Notes under the pieces: model-generated
The model's input: the letters and a program-made list of their open reading frames with translations, nothing else
Told to the model about the DNA's origin: nothing
Database searches by the model: none
NCBI GenBank assembly: GCA_965206985.1
Contig: CBDBLF010000022.1
Span: 197,597-261,596, forward strand
Reading direction: 5' to 3'
DNA: 64,000 bases
Origin: Spirochaetota bacterium
GTDB lineage: Bacteria > Spirochaetota > Leptospiria > Turneriellales > CBDBES01
Part shown: in pieces, positions 38,808-48,094 of the stretch
Layout: each line of letters starts with the position of its first letter
Numbering within the stretch: position 1 is the stretch's first letter
Program-made: the position numbers and the translations under genes

Positions 38808-39133
38808 TTTTACTTTAGTTGCTCTACCATGGGCTCCAGATGATTTTGCTCATTTGCCTTCATTGGTCAAACTTGCTGATACAATAACTTGTTGATTACT
38901 GATAACCTGGGCATTGTATTTTTGTCGGTGTTACCCTCACTTTTCATCTGACTCTGGCATAGAATTTAGGAATGCTTTAGATGCTGATTTTATAAGAAGT
39001 TGCTTTTTTTCAGCAGTTCACTAAGTTTGGATAGCACATCCTGGTAAACCAAAACTTTTCTCATCAGGTTCTCCAAAGGTGATATCTTCATTGTAGTAAG
39101 CATTTCATTAGATTTTTTTCACTTTTAGCCTGA

Positions 39134-39673
39134 GAGCTTGTGCAGGAACTAGGATTTTTCTTGCTTTTCTGTGTTCTTCTTTGATTATGTCTTATTATGA
39201 AACGATTTATGAAAAGTGATAGAGATCAAGTTATGCTGTTTTCGCATACTATAGCAGACAATTTAGAAGAAAATCACGAGGTTTATGCCTTTGCTGCCTT
39301 GTTAGATAAAATTCCTATGAAACCATTTCTTTCTAAGTACTCAAAAGAAGGGGGTCGGGCTTACCATCCGGTTATAATGCTGGGATGCCTTTTTTATGGC
39401 TTTCATCGTGGATGGAGAAGCAGCAGAGAATTACAAAAAGCCTGTGAAGAGAACGACGCCATGCGTTATTTAGTTGGTGGTCATAAAGTAAAGTTTCGGT
39501 CTATTGCTGAATTCCGTGTTAATTTTGGTAAAGAAATTGGCGAAGTTTTTAATTACTCTGTATCTTTGCTATCCCACAAAAAGAAAAATATTGGTACTGA
39601 TGTTAAGGTAGATGGAACTAAAATCAAAGCCAGTGCTGCTGACGATCAAACATACAAAAAGTCAGATTTAGAG
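39134..39673 (+). mobile_element. IS1182-like element, 5' fragment truncated by IS1 copy 2
   Basis: Begins with IR GAGCTTGTGCAGGAACTAGGATTTTTC; ORF 39197 onward matches the transposase N-terminus (GGRAYHP, SSRELQKAC). Confidence 0.9.
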
Positions 39674-40870
39674 GGTCGTGTCATATTTAATCAAAGTTTC
39701 TATTTGCGATGAATAATTCTTGTATAGACCACTTATGATTCGTCATTTCTGTAGCCATTGCTGGGGTGATTTGAATTGGTTTTCCTCCCTCATACTCAGC
39801 TAGACTTGAATGTGGAAGGCAGAAATTGTAATAATTAGCAACAAAAGAATTATGTCCCTGCATATATTTGAATTTTTTTGAAAAACCCTGACTTTTACGC
39901 TCTATTCTATGATTGTGTTGGCGAAGAGTCAAATTATTCCTTTCTACAGCAAAGGTGTTCATCTGATGACTTACTGAAGAGTTTGCAATATATTCATCTA
40001 GTAGCTTTTGATCACCAAAGATTAGAGATTTGTCAACTTCCTTACATCTCCCTTTTTCTATTCTCTTAATTATTTGCCCATAACATAGAGATTTGGGTGA
40101 TTGAAGCTTTCTAGTCATTGAGTCAAATTTACCATAAACTGAAAGAATGGCATCACTATATCCCTCATATCCATCAGAGGTAATCAAGAATTTATCTTCC
40201 CTCTTTGGCTTACTTCTTGTTTTTACCTTGGTCAGTAACTTTCTAGCATTCACTGAGGTCCTCTTGCCTGTTATATGCGCTAAAATGAGCTTTTCTACAG
40301 GCAATACTGCAGTAAAAGTCCAGATATCCCCTATTTCATCACTTAATCGCTCAGTCTCTGATAGATTGTATTGTTTTTTAAAGACAAAACCCCAATGCTC
40401 GTCTAATTGAATTTCATTGAAAGACAGGTTTTTGTATATATTTTTTTTCAACTTTTAGTGAATCTTCACCTGCTGCTTTAACCCAAGCAAGAACTGTATC
40501 CTTGCTGATACCAAAGACTCTTCCGGTAGCTCTAATGCCACAGCCCTCAACTGTGTTTTGTAATACCCGAGTAATGGTTTCTTTGCTTTTCTTGCGACGA
40601 AAAAAAATAGTGCCTTTATTCTCTGAAAAGCATCTACCACAAGCGGTGCACTTTAAATAGGCTATTTGTTTGTACTTACCAGACATATAAGCAAAGCGCA
40701 CATTTCCTTCATTTACCTTATGATACTTATGGCAGTCTGTATTTTGACAGCTAAAACCACTTGTATCAAAGGTATATTTTCTTTTGTTCATAATGAGACA
40801 TAACCTTAATTTAAGAGAGATAAGTCAATTCCTTTTTTAATTGGAAACTTTGATTAAATATGACACGACC
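39674..40870 (-). mobile_element. IS1-family element, copy 2 (ORFs 40414-40791 and 39687-40451)
   Basis: 1197 bp, same terminal IRs as copy 1. Confidence 0.93.
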
Positions 40871-40907
40871 CGATTAGTGGGATCATTTTTTCTTGACAGA
40901 TTGATGC

Positions 40908-41300
40908 TTGGGGTTATCTTCACCCGTGTCTACATCAATTATTGAGTCACAAAAGCCACTTTCTGAGGGTAGTCTTGAATCAGAAAGTTCTCAAAAATTA
41001 CTTTTTTATTTGCTTGAAAAAATGGACAAGCTTGACACAAAGTTTGACGATCGTATTGACAAGCTTGAAGTAAAGCTTGACGATCGTATTGATAAGCTTG
41101 AAGTAAGGCTTGACGATCGTATTGATAAGCTTGACAAAAAACTTGATTTTCAGGTTAGCAAGCTTGATGGTCGTATTGATAAGCTTGATGGTCGTATTGA
41201 TAAGCTTGATGCAAAGCTTGATAGTCGTTTTTTATGGATGATTGGAATCATGTTCGCAGGCTTCACTTGCGTAATCAGCATCATGTTTTCAAAGTTCTAA
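40908..41300 (+). CDS. Bdr-like/DUF1640-like coiled-coil repeat protein with C-terminal TM helix
   Basis: Tandem DRIDKLE/DGRIDKL repeats (33-bp and 21-bp units) followed by FLWMIGIMFAGFTCVISIMF. Confidence 0.65.
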   Translation: MGLSSPVSTSIIESQKPLSEGSLESESSQKLLFYLLEKMDKLDTKFDDRIDKLEVKLDDRIDKLEVRLDDRIDKLDKKLDFQVSKLDGRIDKLDGRIDKLDAKLDSRFLWMIGIMFAGFTCVISIMFSKF

Positions 41301-41433
41301 TTGAGTGAACGATGGTAGTATTTCTAGCGGGAGTATAGCACAGCTCTTGAAAACAGTAAGTGCTCCATTCGATAATAGTGGACAATTAGCCTTCAAAAAT
41401 TGACTAAATATCTAACATTTTCGTATATAGTGT

Positions 41434-41461
41434 TTGACTTAGTATGTATACTATCTACAGT
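41434..41461 (+). promoter_or_regulatory. Putative sigma70 promoter of GLUG gene 3
   Basis: TTGACT-16 bp-TACAGT, then GGGGAG SD before the GTG at 41512. Confidence 0.55.
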
Positions 41462-41511
41462 GCCCTTCGTGAATAATCGCAGACTGATTAGAACGCGGGG
41501 GAGTTAGATTT

Positions 41512-43482
41512 GTGAGTATAAATATTAGAATGTATGGAGTGCTCAATAAAATGTTAAGAGGTATATTATTAATATTCGCCTTGGGCTTTTTATTTCAATG
41601 CGGTAAAAACGACGATTTTGTCAAAGACGGTGACTCTGTCAAAGATGACGACCCTTCTTTGGTCACCTTAAAGCTCAGTACTCCAGAGGTCACCCTCAAC
41701 GATGTGGATGGGGCAACGGGTGTCACCTACACGATTTCGGTTTCACGCCCACCATCAGCAGAGAAAACAATAGAGGTAAACCTAACCTCCGTCAATCCAT
41801 TGCTTGAGGTATCCCCAGAGCGGGTTATGTTTACGCCTACGAATGTGAGCCCCCAGACGATTACCGTGAAAAGAGCAAATGGTGCGGTTGCTATTATTGA
41901 GACCGAGATAACAGGTGAGATAAGTCATGTCATAACTACTGGCACCAGGTTCACTGAATTTGCCATAATGAATGACACGGTCAACGTGACGGTAAGACCA
42001 ACCAATGTAAACCTCAGTACTCCAGAGGTCACCTTCAGCGACGTGAGTGGGGCAGTGGGTGCCACCTACACGATTTCGGTGTCACGCCCACCAGCAGCAG
42101 AGAAAACAGTAGAGGTAACCCTAACCTCCGCCAATTCATCGCTTGTGGTATCCCCAACAGTGGTCAGGTTTACGTCTATGAATGCACGCCCCCAGACGAT
42201 TACCGTAAAAAGAGCAAATGATGCAAATGATATTATTACGACCGAGATAACAGGTGCCATAAATCATGTCATGACCACGGGTGCGTCGTATGACGCGGAG
42301 TTCACTGAATTTGCCATGATGAATGATACGGTCAACGTAAGGGTAACGCCGTATATCCCTGATTCTGACGGTGATGGGCTCATTGAAATATGGGCTGCCG
42401 CAATGCTAGACAACATGCGATATGATCTGGCGGGCACGAGTTATAAAACCTCGGCAATGGATGCAGGTAACGATGCAGGTTGCCCAGCAGATGGTTGTAA
42501 CGGCTACGAGCTCATGGCCAACATTGATTTATTACCCCTGCTTGATGCGAATGGTAACGGCGAAATTGACATGATGCCAAAGATTGTTGCGGATGTTATG
42601 CATACGGTGATTGATGTAGGCTCAGGCAAAGATGAAAGTTGGGTTCCGGTGGGTGATAATTTAAACCGGTTTACGGGCACTTTCGAGGGTAACGGCCGCA
42701 CCATCGCTAACTTGTGGGTGAATATTCCTTCTTCAGGTAATGTCGTCTATGCGGGTTTATTTGGTGTGACTGGTGACTCAGCCGAGATACGCAATGTGGG
42801 AGTTATCTCTGGTGGTGTTTCTTCTTCTCTTTCTTCTTTTTCTTATTCCGGCGGTCTGGTGGGGCGTGTTTTTACTTCTTCTTCTTTGACGATCACGAAT
42901 AGTTATTTCAGCAGCGAAGGTGGTGCTTCTTCTTCTTCTTCTGGTTTTTCTTCTTATTCCGGTGGTCTGGTGGGGTCTTCTGATGCCACTTTGACGATCA
43001 TGAATAGCTACTTTTCTGGGAGTGGTGGTGTTTCTTCTTCTTCTTCTTCTTCTTCTCTTTCTGCTGCTTCTGGCGGTCTGGTGGGTGAATCTATTGGTAC
43101 TTTGACGATCATGAATAGTTATTTCAGCGGTGAAGGTGGTATTTCTTCTTCTGCTGCTTCTGGCGGTCTGGTGGGTGAATCTATTGGTACTTTGACGATC
43201 ATGAATAGTTATTGGAACACCGACGCACCTCAATCAACAGACGGTGGCATGACACCCCAGAGTCCCAAGCGAGCGCGGGGTAATGCTACGGTCGACCCCA
43301 TGGGTGCGGTGAGGCTTACACTCGCCCAACTCAAAGCAACGAGTGGCACCTTTCCTGATTTAGGCGACGCGTGGGCCCTAGGCACTGACCAGCAACTCCC
43401 CGCGGTCAAACGATGCATCCTTGATATGGCGGGGATGGGGACTTGTGCATCGTATGCCGCACTGCTCGGCGGGCAACGGTAA
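41512..43482 (+). CDS. GLUG-repeat surface lipoprotein 3 (four GGLVG repeats)
   Basis: Paralog of genes 1 and 2; lipobox FLFQC. Confidence 0.82.
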   Translation: MSINIRMYGVLNKMLRGILLIFALGFLFQCGKNDDFVKDGDSVKDDDPSLVTLKLSTPEVTLNDVDGATGVTYTISVSRPPSAEKTIEVNLTSVNPLLEVSPERVMFTPTNVSPQTITVKRANGAVAIIETEITGEISHVITTGTRFTEFAIMNDTVNVTVRPTNVNLSTPEVTFSDVSGAVGATYTISVSRPPAAEKTVEVTLTSANSSLVVSPTVVRFTSMNARPQTITVKRANDANDIITTEITGAINHVMTTGASYDAEFTEFAMMNDTVNVRVTPYIPDSDGDGLIEIWAAAMLDNMRYDLAGTSYKTSAMDAGNDAGCPADGCNGYELMANIDLLPLLDANGNGEIDMMPKIVADVMHTVIDVGSGKDESWVPVGDNLNRFTGTFEGNGRTIANLWVNIPSSGNVVYAGLFGVTGDSAEIRNVGVISGGVSSSLSSFSYSGGLVGRVFTSSSLTITNSYFSSEGGASSSSSGFSSYSGGLVGSSDATLTIMNSYFSGSGGVSSSSSSSSLSAASGGLVGESIGTLTIMNSYFSGEGGISSSAASGGLVGESIGTLTIMNSYWNTDAPQSTDGGMTPQSPKRARGNATVDPMGAVRLTLAQLKATSGTFPDLGDAWALGTDQQLPAVKRCILDMAGMGTCASYAALLGGQR

Positions 43483-43666
43483 CCTTAGCGGTCACAAACA
43501 GCTGGGTGATCCTGAGAGTGGGTGTCTACTCAGAAACTTTCAACTTCTGCACTCCTAACAGCCACCAAGGGCGAGGTTCCTACGACACATAAGGGCGAGC
43601 GAGATTTAAGTGTAAAACGATATCTCCCCTTTACACGAAGTCCAGTGATACTTGTGAACAAATGAT

Positions 43667-46600
43667 TCATGGGTGAAATTGGTTTATTAGAAAAGGTAGT
43701 TGGGCTATGCTTGCATTGATCGCTTTAGGCCGAGTAAACGAATGAATATCTTGGTTTGCCCAATCGTGAGTGTTCAACGGAGATGAACTTCTTGATGAAG
43801 AGTTTTGCGAGGAAATGCGGGAGAAAAAACTTGTTGTCACACCAGCGTATCCTTGATGATGGTTAGGGGCGTTTGATCTGTAATGGAAGGTATAATAATA
43901 CCCCGCAAATATTTTGATTGGAAACCGATATAAAAAAGCTGATTGAATATTTAATTGAAGCCCTGCCGTACCTTGTAGGTTGTCTAGTGTTATTCCGACT
44001 GCATTGTTTTCACCTGAAAATCTTTTTATAAAGTTATAAGCAATAGATTTTCCACTACCGGAAGCGAAATACGCATCAAACCATATATCTCTGATTAGAA
44101 ATGGGGATATCTTATAAAAACCACTATCTGGTTGCCAAACAGGGAAACTATACATAATCCCAGTAGCCACTTGATATTCAAAATCTGCAAGTCTGGAGGA
44201 CGAGTTTACTCCCGATGCTACAAACGTGAGCCTCCAGACATTATTTTTGAAGAATCCGGGAAGGTATTCATGGTAAAGTAAAAATGTTTGATAGGAAAAA
44301 CTGCGAACATTGTGGAGACCATGATTCACACTTGCAGAAATACGAATGTTCCGGCCATCCTCAGGGCTGATTGACTTTCTATAATTATCAGTAGTGTCAT
44401 ATTCATATGATAGGGTTGGAACAGCCCACCAAAGTGAACCCCCTTGAGGGTAGTTTTTGAAGAACCCACTAGAAAGTTTTGCTTCCCAAAAATTGTATGT
44501 CAAGCCCAATTGATGACTTGTCTGAAAATAAATAAAAGGGAGACTTACACTCCCTGTAATTCTTTGAGAAGTTGATTCATGTGTAACATCTCCATAAGTG
44601 ATTTGGTTTGTATAATAAGAAATACTCAAATGCGGCCAAAAGCCAGTATACGAATAGCTTGCTTGTAAAACAATTTGCTGTCGTTCTATAGAGTGCACTC
44701 CTGATAATTCGTAAAGGTTCAATTCTAAGGCATCCGAAGAGAATATTGATAATCCATAAGAAACACTGTTTTCTGTATTGAATAGGAGAATAGGAGGGAG
44801 CCAAAATAGTGGTGCAATGGAAGCAAAAGGAGTGTATTCTTGAGAAGGTAGATCATCTTTTTTAGTCTTTTGCTCGCTTTCACTATTTTGATTGCCTTGG
44901 AATGCCTTGAGTGAAAACTTTTTAGAGTTTGCAGACACAGTCTTGAGGCTTTTTTTTGGATAACTTAGTAGGGCTTGGTTGAACCCCGTCGAGTTGTAAG
45001 TGGTGGCTGCGAGAAGTTTGCCATTTGGCGAGATATCGGGGTAGAAAAAACCACCAACAACATTGGTCAGTTGTGATATTTTTTTGCTTTGTATATTATA
45101 CGAAAAAAGGTTATACACGCCCTTTGAGCGATCAGAACTAAAAATGAGACGGTTGCCACCTGGGTGCCAGCTCGGTTGCAGGTGATTGAAATCACCTGAG
45201 GTGATTTGTGAAACCGATATTTTTTCTCGTTCTTTTTTTAGCCCTAGAATAGCAATTTGACTAAAGCTACTTTTATCTTTGAAGCTAAAGGCAATTTTCG
45301 TGCCGTCGGGCGAAAAACGGGTAAAGGCAAACTGTACTTCGGATGCATCCACGAGCTTTTCAATTTTTCTGAGATTAGGTTCGCTCAGAAAAATTGAACA
45401 CCTGCTTGCTTCATTTTGTACGAATACGATTTTTTTTTGAATTTTACTATAATCAACATAATGTGCTCTCAACCCATGACTGAGTTGTTTCAGCTTGGAA
45501 TTATCTACGTCAAACCGAAAAATATCATAATATCTCGAAAAATGGTGATAGACCTCTAGGTCAGAAATGAACACTTTGCCTTTTTCTCCAACAGAAAGAA
45601 AGTTGGTATCGTTGACATCTGAGATTGCATTAGATATTAATTTTTTTTTTTTGAACCATGATGATTGAGTCTCGTTGGGGACCTCGTATCGAAATAGACG
45701 CATTTCTGTGTCATTGGCATCTTGAATATAATAGAGAAACTTCCCTGATGGGTCGAACCTCCCCTGCCCCGAATGAAAACCCGTTGTATTTAACAGCCGA
45801 TAATTGGTGAGAGGTTGTTTTTTGATTTCCTCAATTTTTTCTCTCTGTTTTTTTTCTTCTTGCAACCGCCATTCATCCCATAACGAATTAAGGTCTTTCT
45901 CATAACCATAAATAGCTTCCATATTATCACTCGCTTGATATGGCCAAAAATTCTTTGCTTGCTTTTCATAAACAGAGGTGAAAGAATTCTCTCCATATGT
46001 TTTATTTAAATATTGAATAAATCTACCTCCATAAATATACTGATTGTTTATTGGCCACTCCCTATGAAAAAAATGAGATACGTCATTGATGGAATCAAAA
46101 CTATCATCAGCGACTTCATTTCTCATAATCATGTCGCCGTAGGTACTATTGTTGCGACCATAATTGCTCAGTGATTCTTGGTGAACGGCAAAGCCTTCAA
46201 GCACCCAAGCCGGCTGAAGTATATTGATAAAGTATATACGGCCAAATATGTACTTGAGTACCTTTGCTAACCCATAGGTCATGTCTAAAGTTAAAGTGTG
46301 CGTATATTCGTGCGTTAAAAGAAGGTCAAGCCAGTCATCAAAACGTTCTAACGCTGTGTCCATTTCTGGCCTTACGGGAAATAATACCACCTTGTTATAA
46401 GGGAAGGGTGTAGCGTATCCATTAGCCTGGTCTGTTTGGTCTACCAAAACAATGTCAGTTCGTAATGCAGGCTCCCACTTAATTTTTAAGGCAAGTTTAG
46501 CATGAATCACCTCAGCAAGCTTTGCCGTTTTCTGAGCCATCCCCTCAAGACCTTGGTGGTAATGTACCCAGAAATGTTCTGTTTTGATTGATCTCCACCG

Positions 46601-46699
46601 GAGTCTAGGGTCGACTGTCAAAGTAGATACAGATTGGTTAAAGAAGACATAGCAAAGAATAAACTTGAAAAGCAAGAAGGGGAGAGATCTAGAAATCAT
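43667..46699 (-). CDS. Large exported protein: HExxH peptidase-like domain, PD40/TolB-like propeller, possible C-terminal beta-barrel
   Basis: Signal peptide; WRSIKTEHFWVHY, HEYTH, EGFAV; FSPDG/WHPGG/ISPNG repeats; aromatic alternating strands in the C-terminal third. Confidence 0.65.
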   Translation of the reverse strand: MISRSLPFLLFKFILCYVFFNQSVSTLTVDPRLRWRSIKTEHFWVHYHQGLEGMAQKTAKLAEVIHAKLALKIKWEPALRTDIVLVDQTDQANGYATPFPYNKVVLFPVRPEMDTALERFDDWLDLLLTHEYTHTLTLDMTYGLAKVLKYIFGRIYFINILQPAWVLEGFAVHQESLSNYGRNNSTYGDMIMRNEVADDSFDSINDVSHFFHREWPINNQYIYGGRFIQYLNKTYGENSFTSVYEKQAKNFWPYQASDNMEAIYGYEKDLNSLWDEWRLQEEKKQREKIEEIKKQPLTNYRLLNTTGFHSGQGRFDPSGKFLYYIQDANDTEMRLFRYEVPNETQSSWFKKKKLISNAISDVNDTNFLSVGEKGKVFISDLEVYHHFSRYYDIFRFDVDNSKLKQLSHGLRAHYVDYSKIQKKIVFVQNEASRCSIFLSEPNLRKIEKLVDASEVQFAFTRFSPDGTKIAFSFKDKSSFSQIAILGLKKEREKISVSQITSGDFNHLQPSWHPGGNRLIFSSDRSKGVYNLFSYNIQSKKISQLTNVVGGFFYPDISPNGKLLAATTYNSTGFNQALLSYPKKSLKTVSANSKKFSLKAFQGNQNSESEQKTKKDDLPSQEYTPFASIAPLFWLPPILLFNTENSVSYGLSIFSSDALELNLYELSGVHSIERQQIVLQASYSYTGFWPHLSISYYTNQITYGDVTHESTSQRITGSVSLPFIYFQTSHQLGLTYNFWEAKLSSGFFKNYPQGGSLWWAVPTLSYEYDTTDNYRKSISPEDGRNIRISASVNHGLHNVRSFSYQTFLLYHEYLPGFFKNNVWRLTFVASGVNSSSRLADFEYQVATGIMYSFPVWQPDSGFYKISPFLIRDIWFDAYFASGSGKSIAYNFIKRFSGENNAVGITLDNLQGTAGLQLNIQSAFLYRFPIKIFAGYYYTFHYRSNAPNHHQGYAGVTTSFFSRISSQNSSSRSSSPLNTHDWANQDIHSFTRPKAINASIAQLPFLINQFHP

Positions 46700-46750
46700 A
46701 TCCTTGCATCAGTCAAGTATTTGTGGGTATGGAGTCGTTGTTTTTGTGCT

Positions 46751-48031
46751 CTATATTGTTTGTAAAGTAATTTCAGCAATTTCAGAAGGTGCTCCCAGTC
46801 GCATTGGAATACCCCAATAACCAGTCCCTCTATTTACATAAATCCATGTATTTTTATAGCGATGCAGACCTTCAACAAAGGGTTGAATGAGATGAATAAA
46901 AAAATTATAGGGAAATAACTGCCCACCGTGAGTGTGCCCCGATATCTGTAGGTCATAACCAGCCTCTGCTACCTTATAAATACTCCGCGGTTGATGGGCT
47001 AAGATAATTTTACACCCATCTACTTTACAGTCTCGAATTGCTTTTGCTGGGTCTGTTTTGTGTTCGGGTAAAATTCTATATGCTCTGTAGTCGGTCACAC
47101 CTGCTAAAATCAGGTGTGACTTGTTTTTAGTCAAAACAACATGCTCATTCATAAGAACGTTGATTCCGAGATTGCGCAGAGCTTCCACCCAAGCCTCGGC
47201 ACCCGAATAATATTCATGATTTCCTGTGACAAAATAGCTACCGTACTTTGAACGAAGATTTTTTAGAGGCTCTACATGAGAATATAACGCATCGACGGAA
47301 CCATCGACCAAATCTCCCGTAATTGCCACTAAATCAGGTTTAGTTGAATTAACCGCATCAACGATGGCTTCTACGTAGCTTCTCTTGATCGTGGGCCCCA
47401 CATGAATATCAGTAATCTGAGTAATTTTAAAACCATCAAAATTTTTGGGTAAGTTTTTGAGTGGAACACGAACGGGAGTCAAGTTGGCTACTTTTCGAGC
47501 TTGATACAGGCTATGGGTGGTAAGGCCAACGGAGGCAGACACAATCACCTTATGACTCGCCTTAATAAAAAATTCCTTCCTGCTTAGAGTGCTGTCTCTT
47601 GGGGTTTCCTCAGTGGAGGATACTTTCTTTTTGTCAGTAATTATTGAGCCAGACGCGAATGGAAGCTGAATTTTTCTAAGAATAAACAAGCTTAGCAAAA
47701 TGAGGTCTCGAAATAAAGTTAAAACAAGAAGTAGGTGGGCAGTTCCCAGCGAGATAAAGGCAAACCAATATAAAAAGTCAGAAAATTTATTTTCAATGAG
47801 GCGGAGTGGCATCATCACCATAGAACTATAGATCATCACAAAGAGCAGAATAGAGATGTGTTTTTTTGTCTTTTTTTGAAATGGTAATAGTGCAACAAAA
47901 CGCTTTTTGAGGTAGATGAACCCAGCGGTTAAAAATGAAGTGAACCCAATGATAAACATGGTGAAGGCCAATAAAGTAAACCAATCAAAACGAAACCAAG
48001 AAAAAATAGAAGACATAAATCTTCCAGGCAA
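46751..48031 (-). CDS. Membrane-anchored metallophosphoesterase (YkuE-like)
   Basis: TDIH, TGDLVDG, VTGNHEYYSG, LAHQP, SGHTHGGQ. Confidence 0.93.
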   Translation of the reverse strand: MPGRFMSSIFSWFRFDWFTLLAFTMFIIGFTSFLTAGFIYLKKRFVALLPFQKKTKKHISILLFVMIYSSMVMMPLRLIENKFSDFLYWFAFISLGTAHLLLVLTLFRDLILLSLFILRKIQLPFASGSIITDKKKVSSTEETPRDSTLSRKEFFIKASHKVIVSASVGLTTHSLYQARKVANLTPVRVPLKNLPKNFDGFKITQITDIHVGPTIKRSYVEAIVDAVNSTKPDLVAITGDLVDGSVDALYSHVEPLKNLRSKYGSYFVTGNHEYYSGAEAWVEALRNLGINVLMNEHVVLTKNKSHLILAGVTDYRAYRILPEHKTDPAKAIRDCKVDGCKIILAHQPRSIYKVAEAGYDLQISGHTHGGQLFPYNFFIHLIQPFVEGLHRYKNTWIYVNRGTGYWGIPMRLGAPSEIAEITLQTI

Positions 48032-48094
48032 TGACTTTTAATAGGCTTGTCAAGAATTAATAAATTTTTTCTGCCCGATTGAGCAAGTGAACCA

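Larger units (their letters stand above)
34747..40870 (-). mobile_element. IS1-bounded composite element (6124 bp) inserted in the GLUG array
   Basis: Two directly oriented IS1-like copies; outer 8-bp duplication CGATTAGT at 34739-34746 and 40871-40878; inner flanks do not match each other. Confidence 0.8.

Noticed and set aside
38821-39133. Possible decayed coding sequence between IS copies
   Set aside because: Only short open stretches with no recognisable motif.
30950-43200. Diversity-generating retroelement acting on the variable NNT-codon linkers
   Set aside because: No reverse transcriptase or adenine-rich template repeat in the window. The codons are dominated by TCT with length variation, which fits triplet slippage rather than A-to-N mutagenesis. 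A remote TR/RT cannot be excluded.
31267-43233. Arg-rich antisense ORFs (31267-31674, 33889-34392, 42778-43233) and other antisense ORFs in the GLUG genes
   Set aside because: Shadows of the TCT-rich sense strand (TCT reversed gives AGA).
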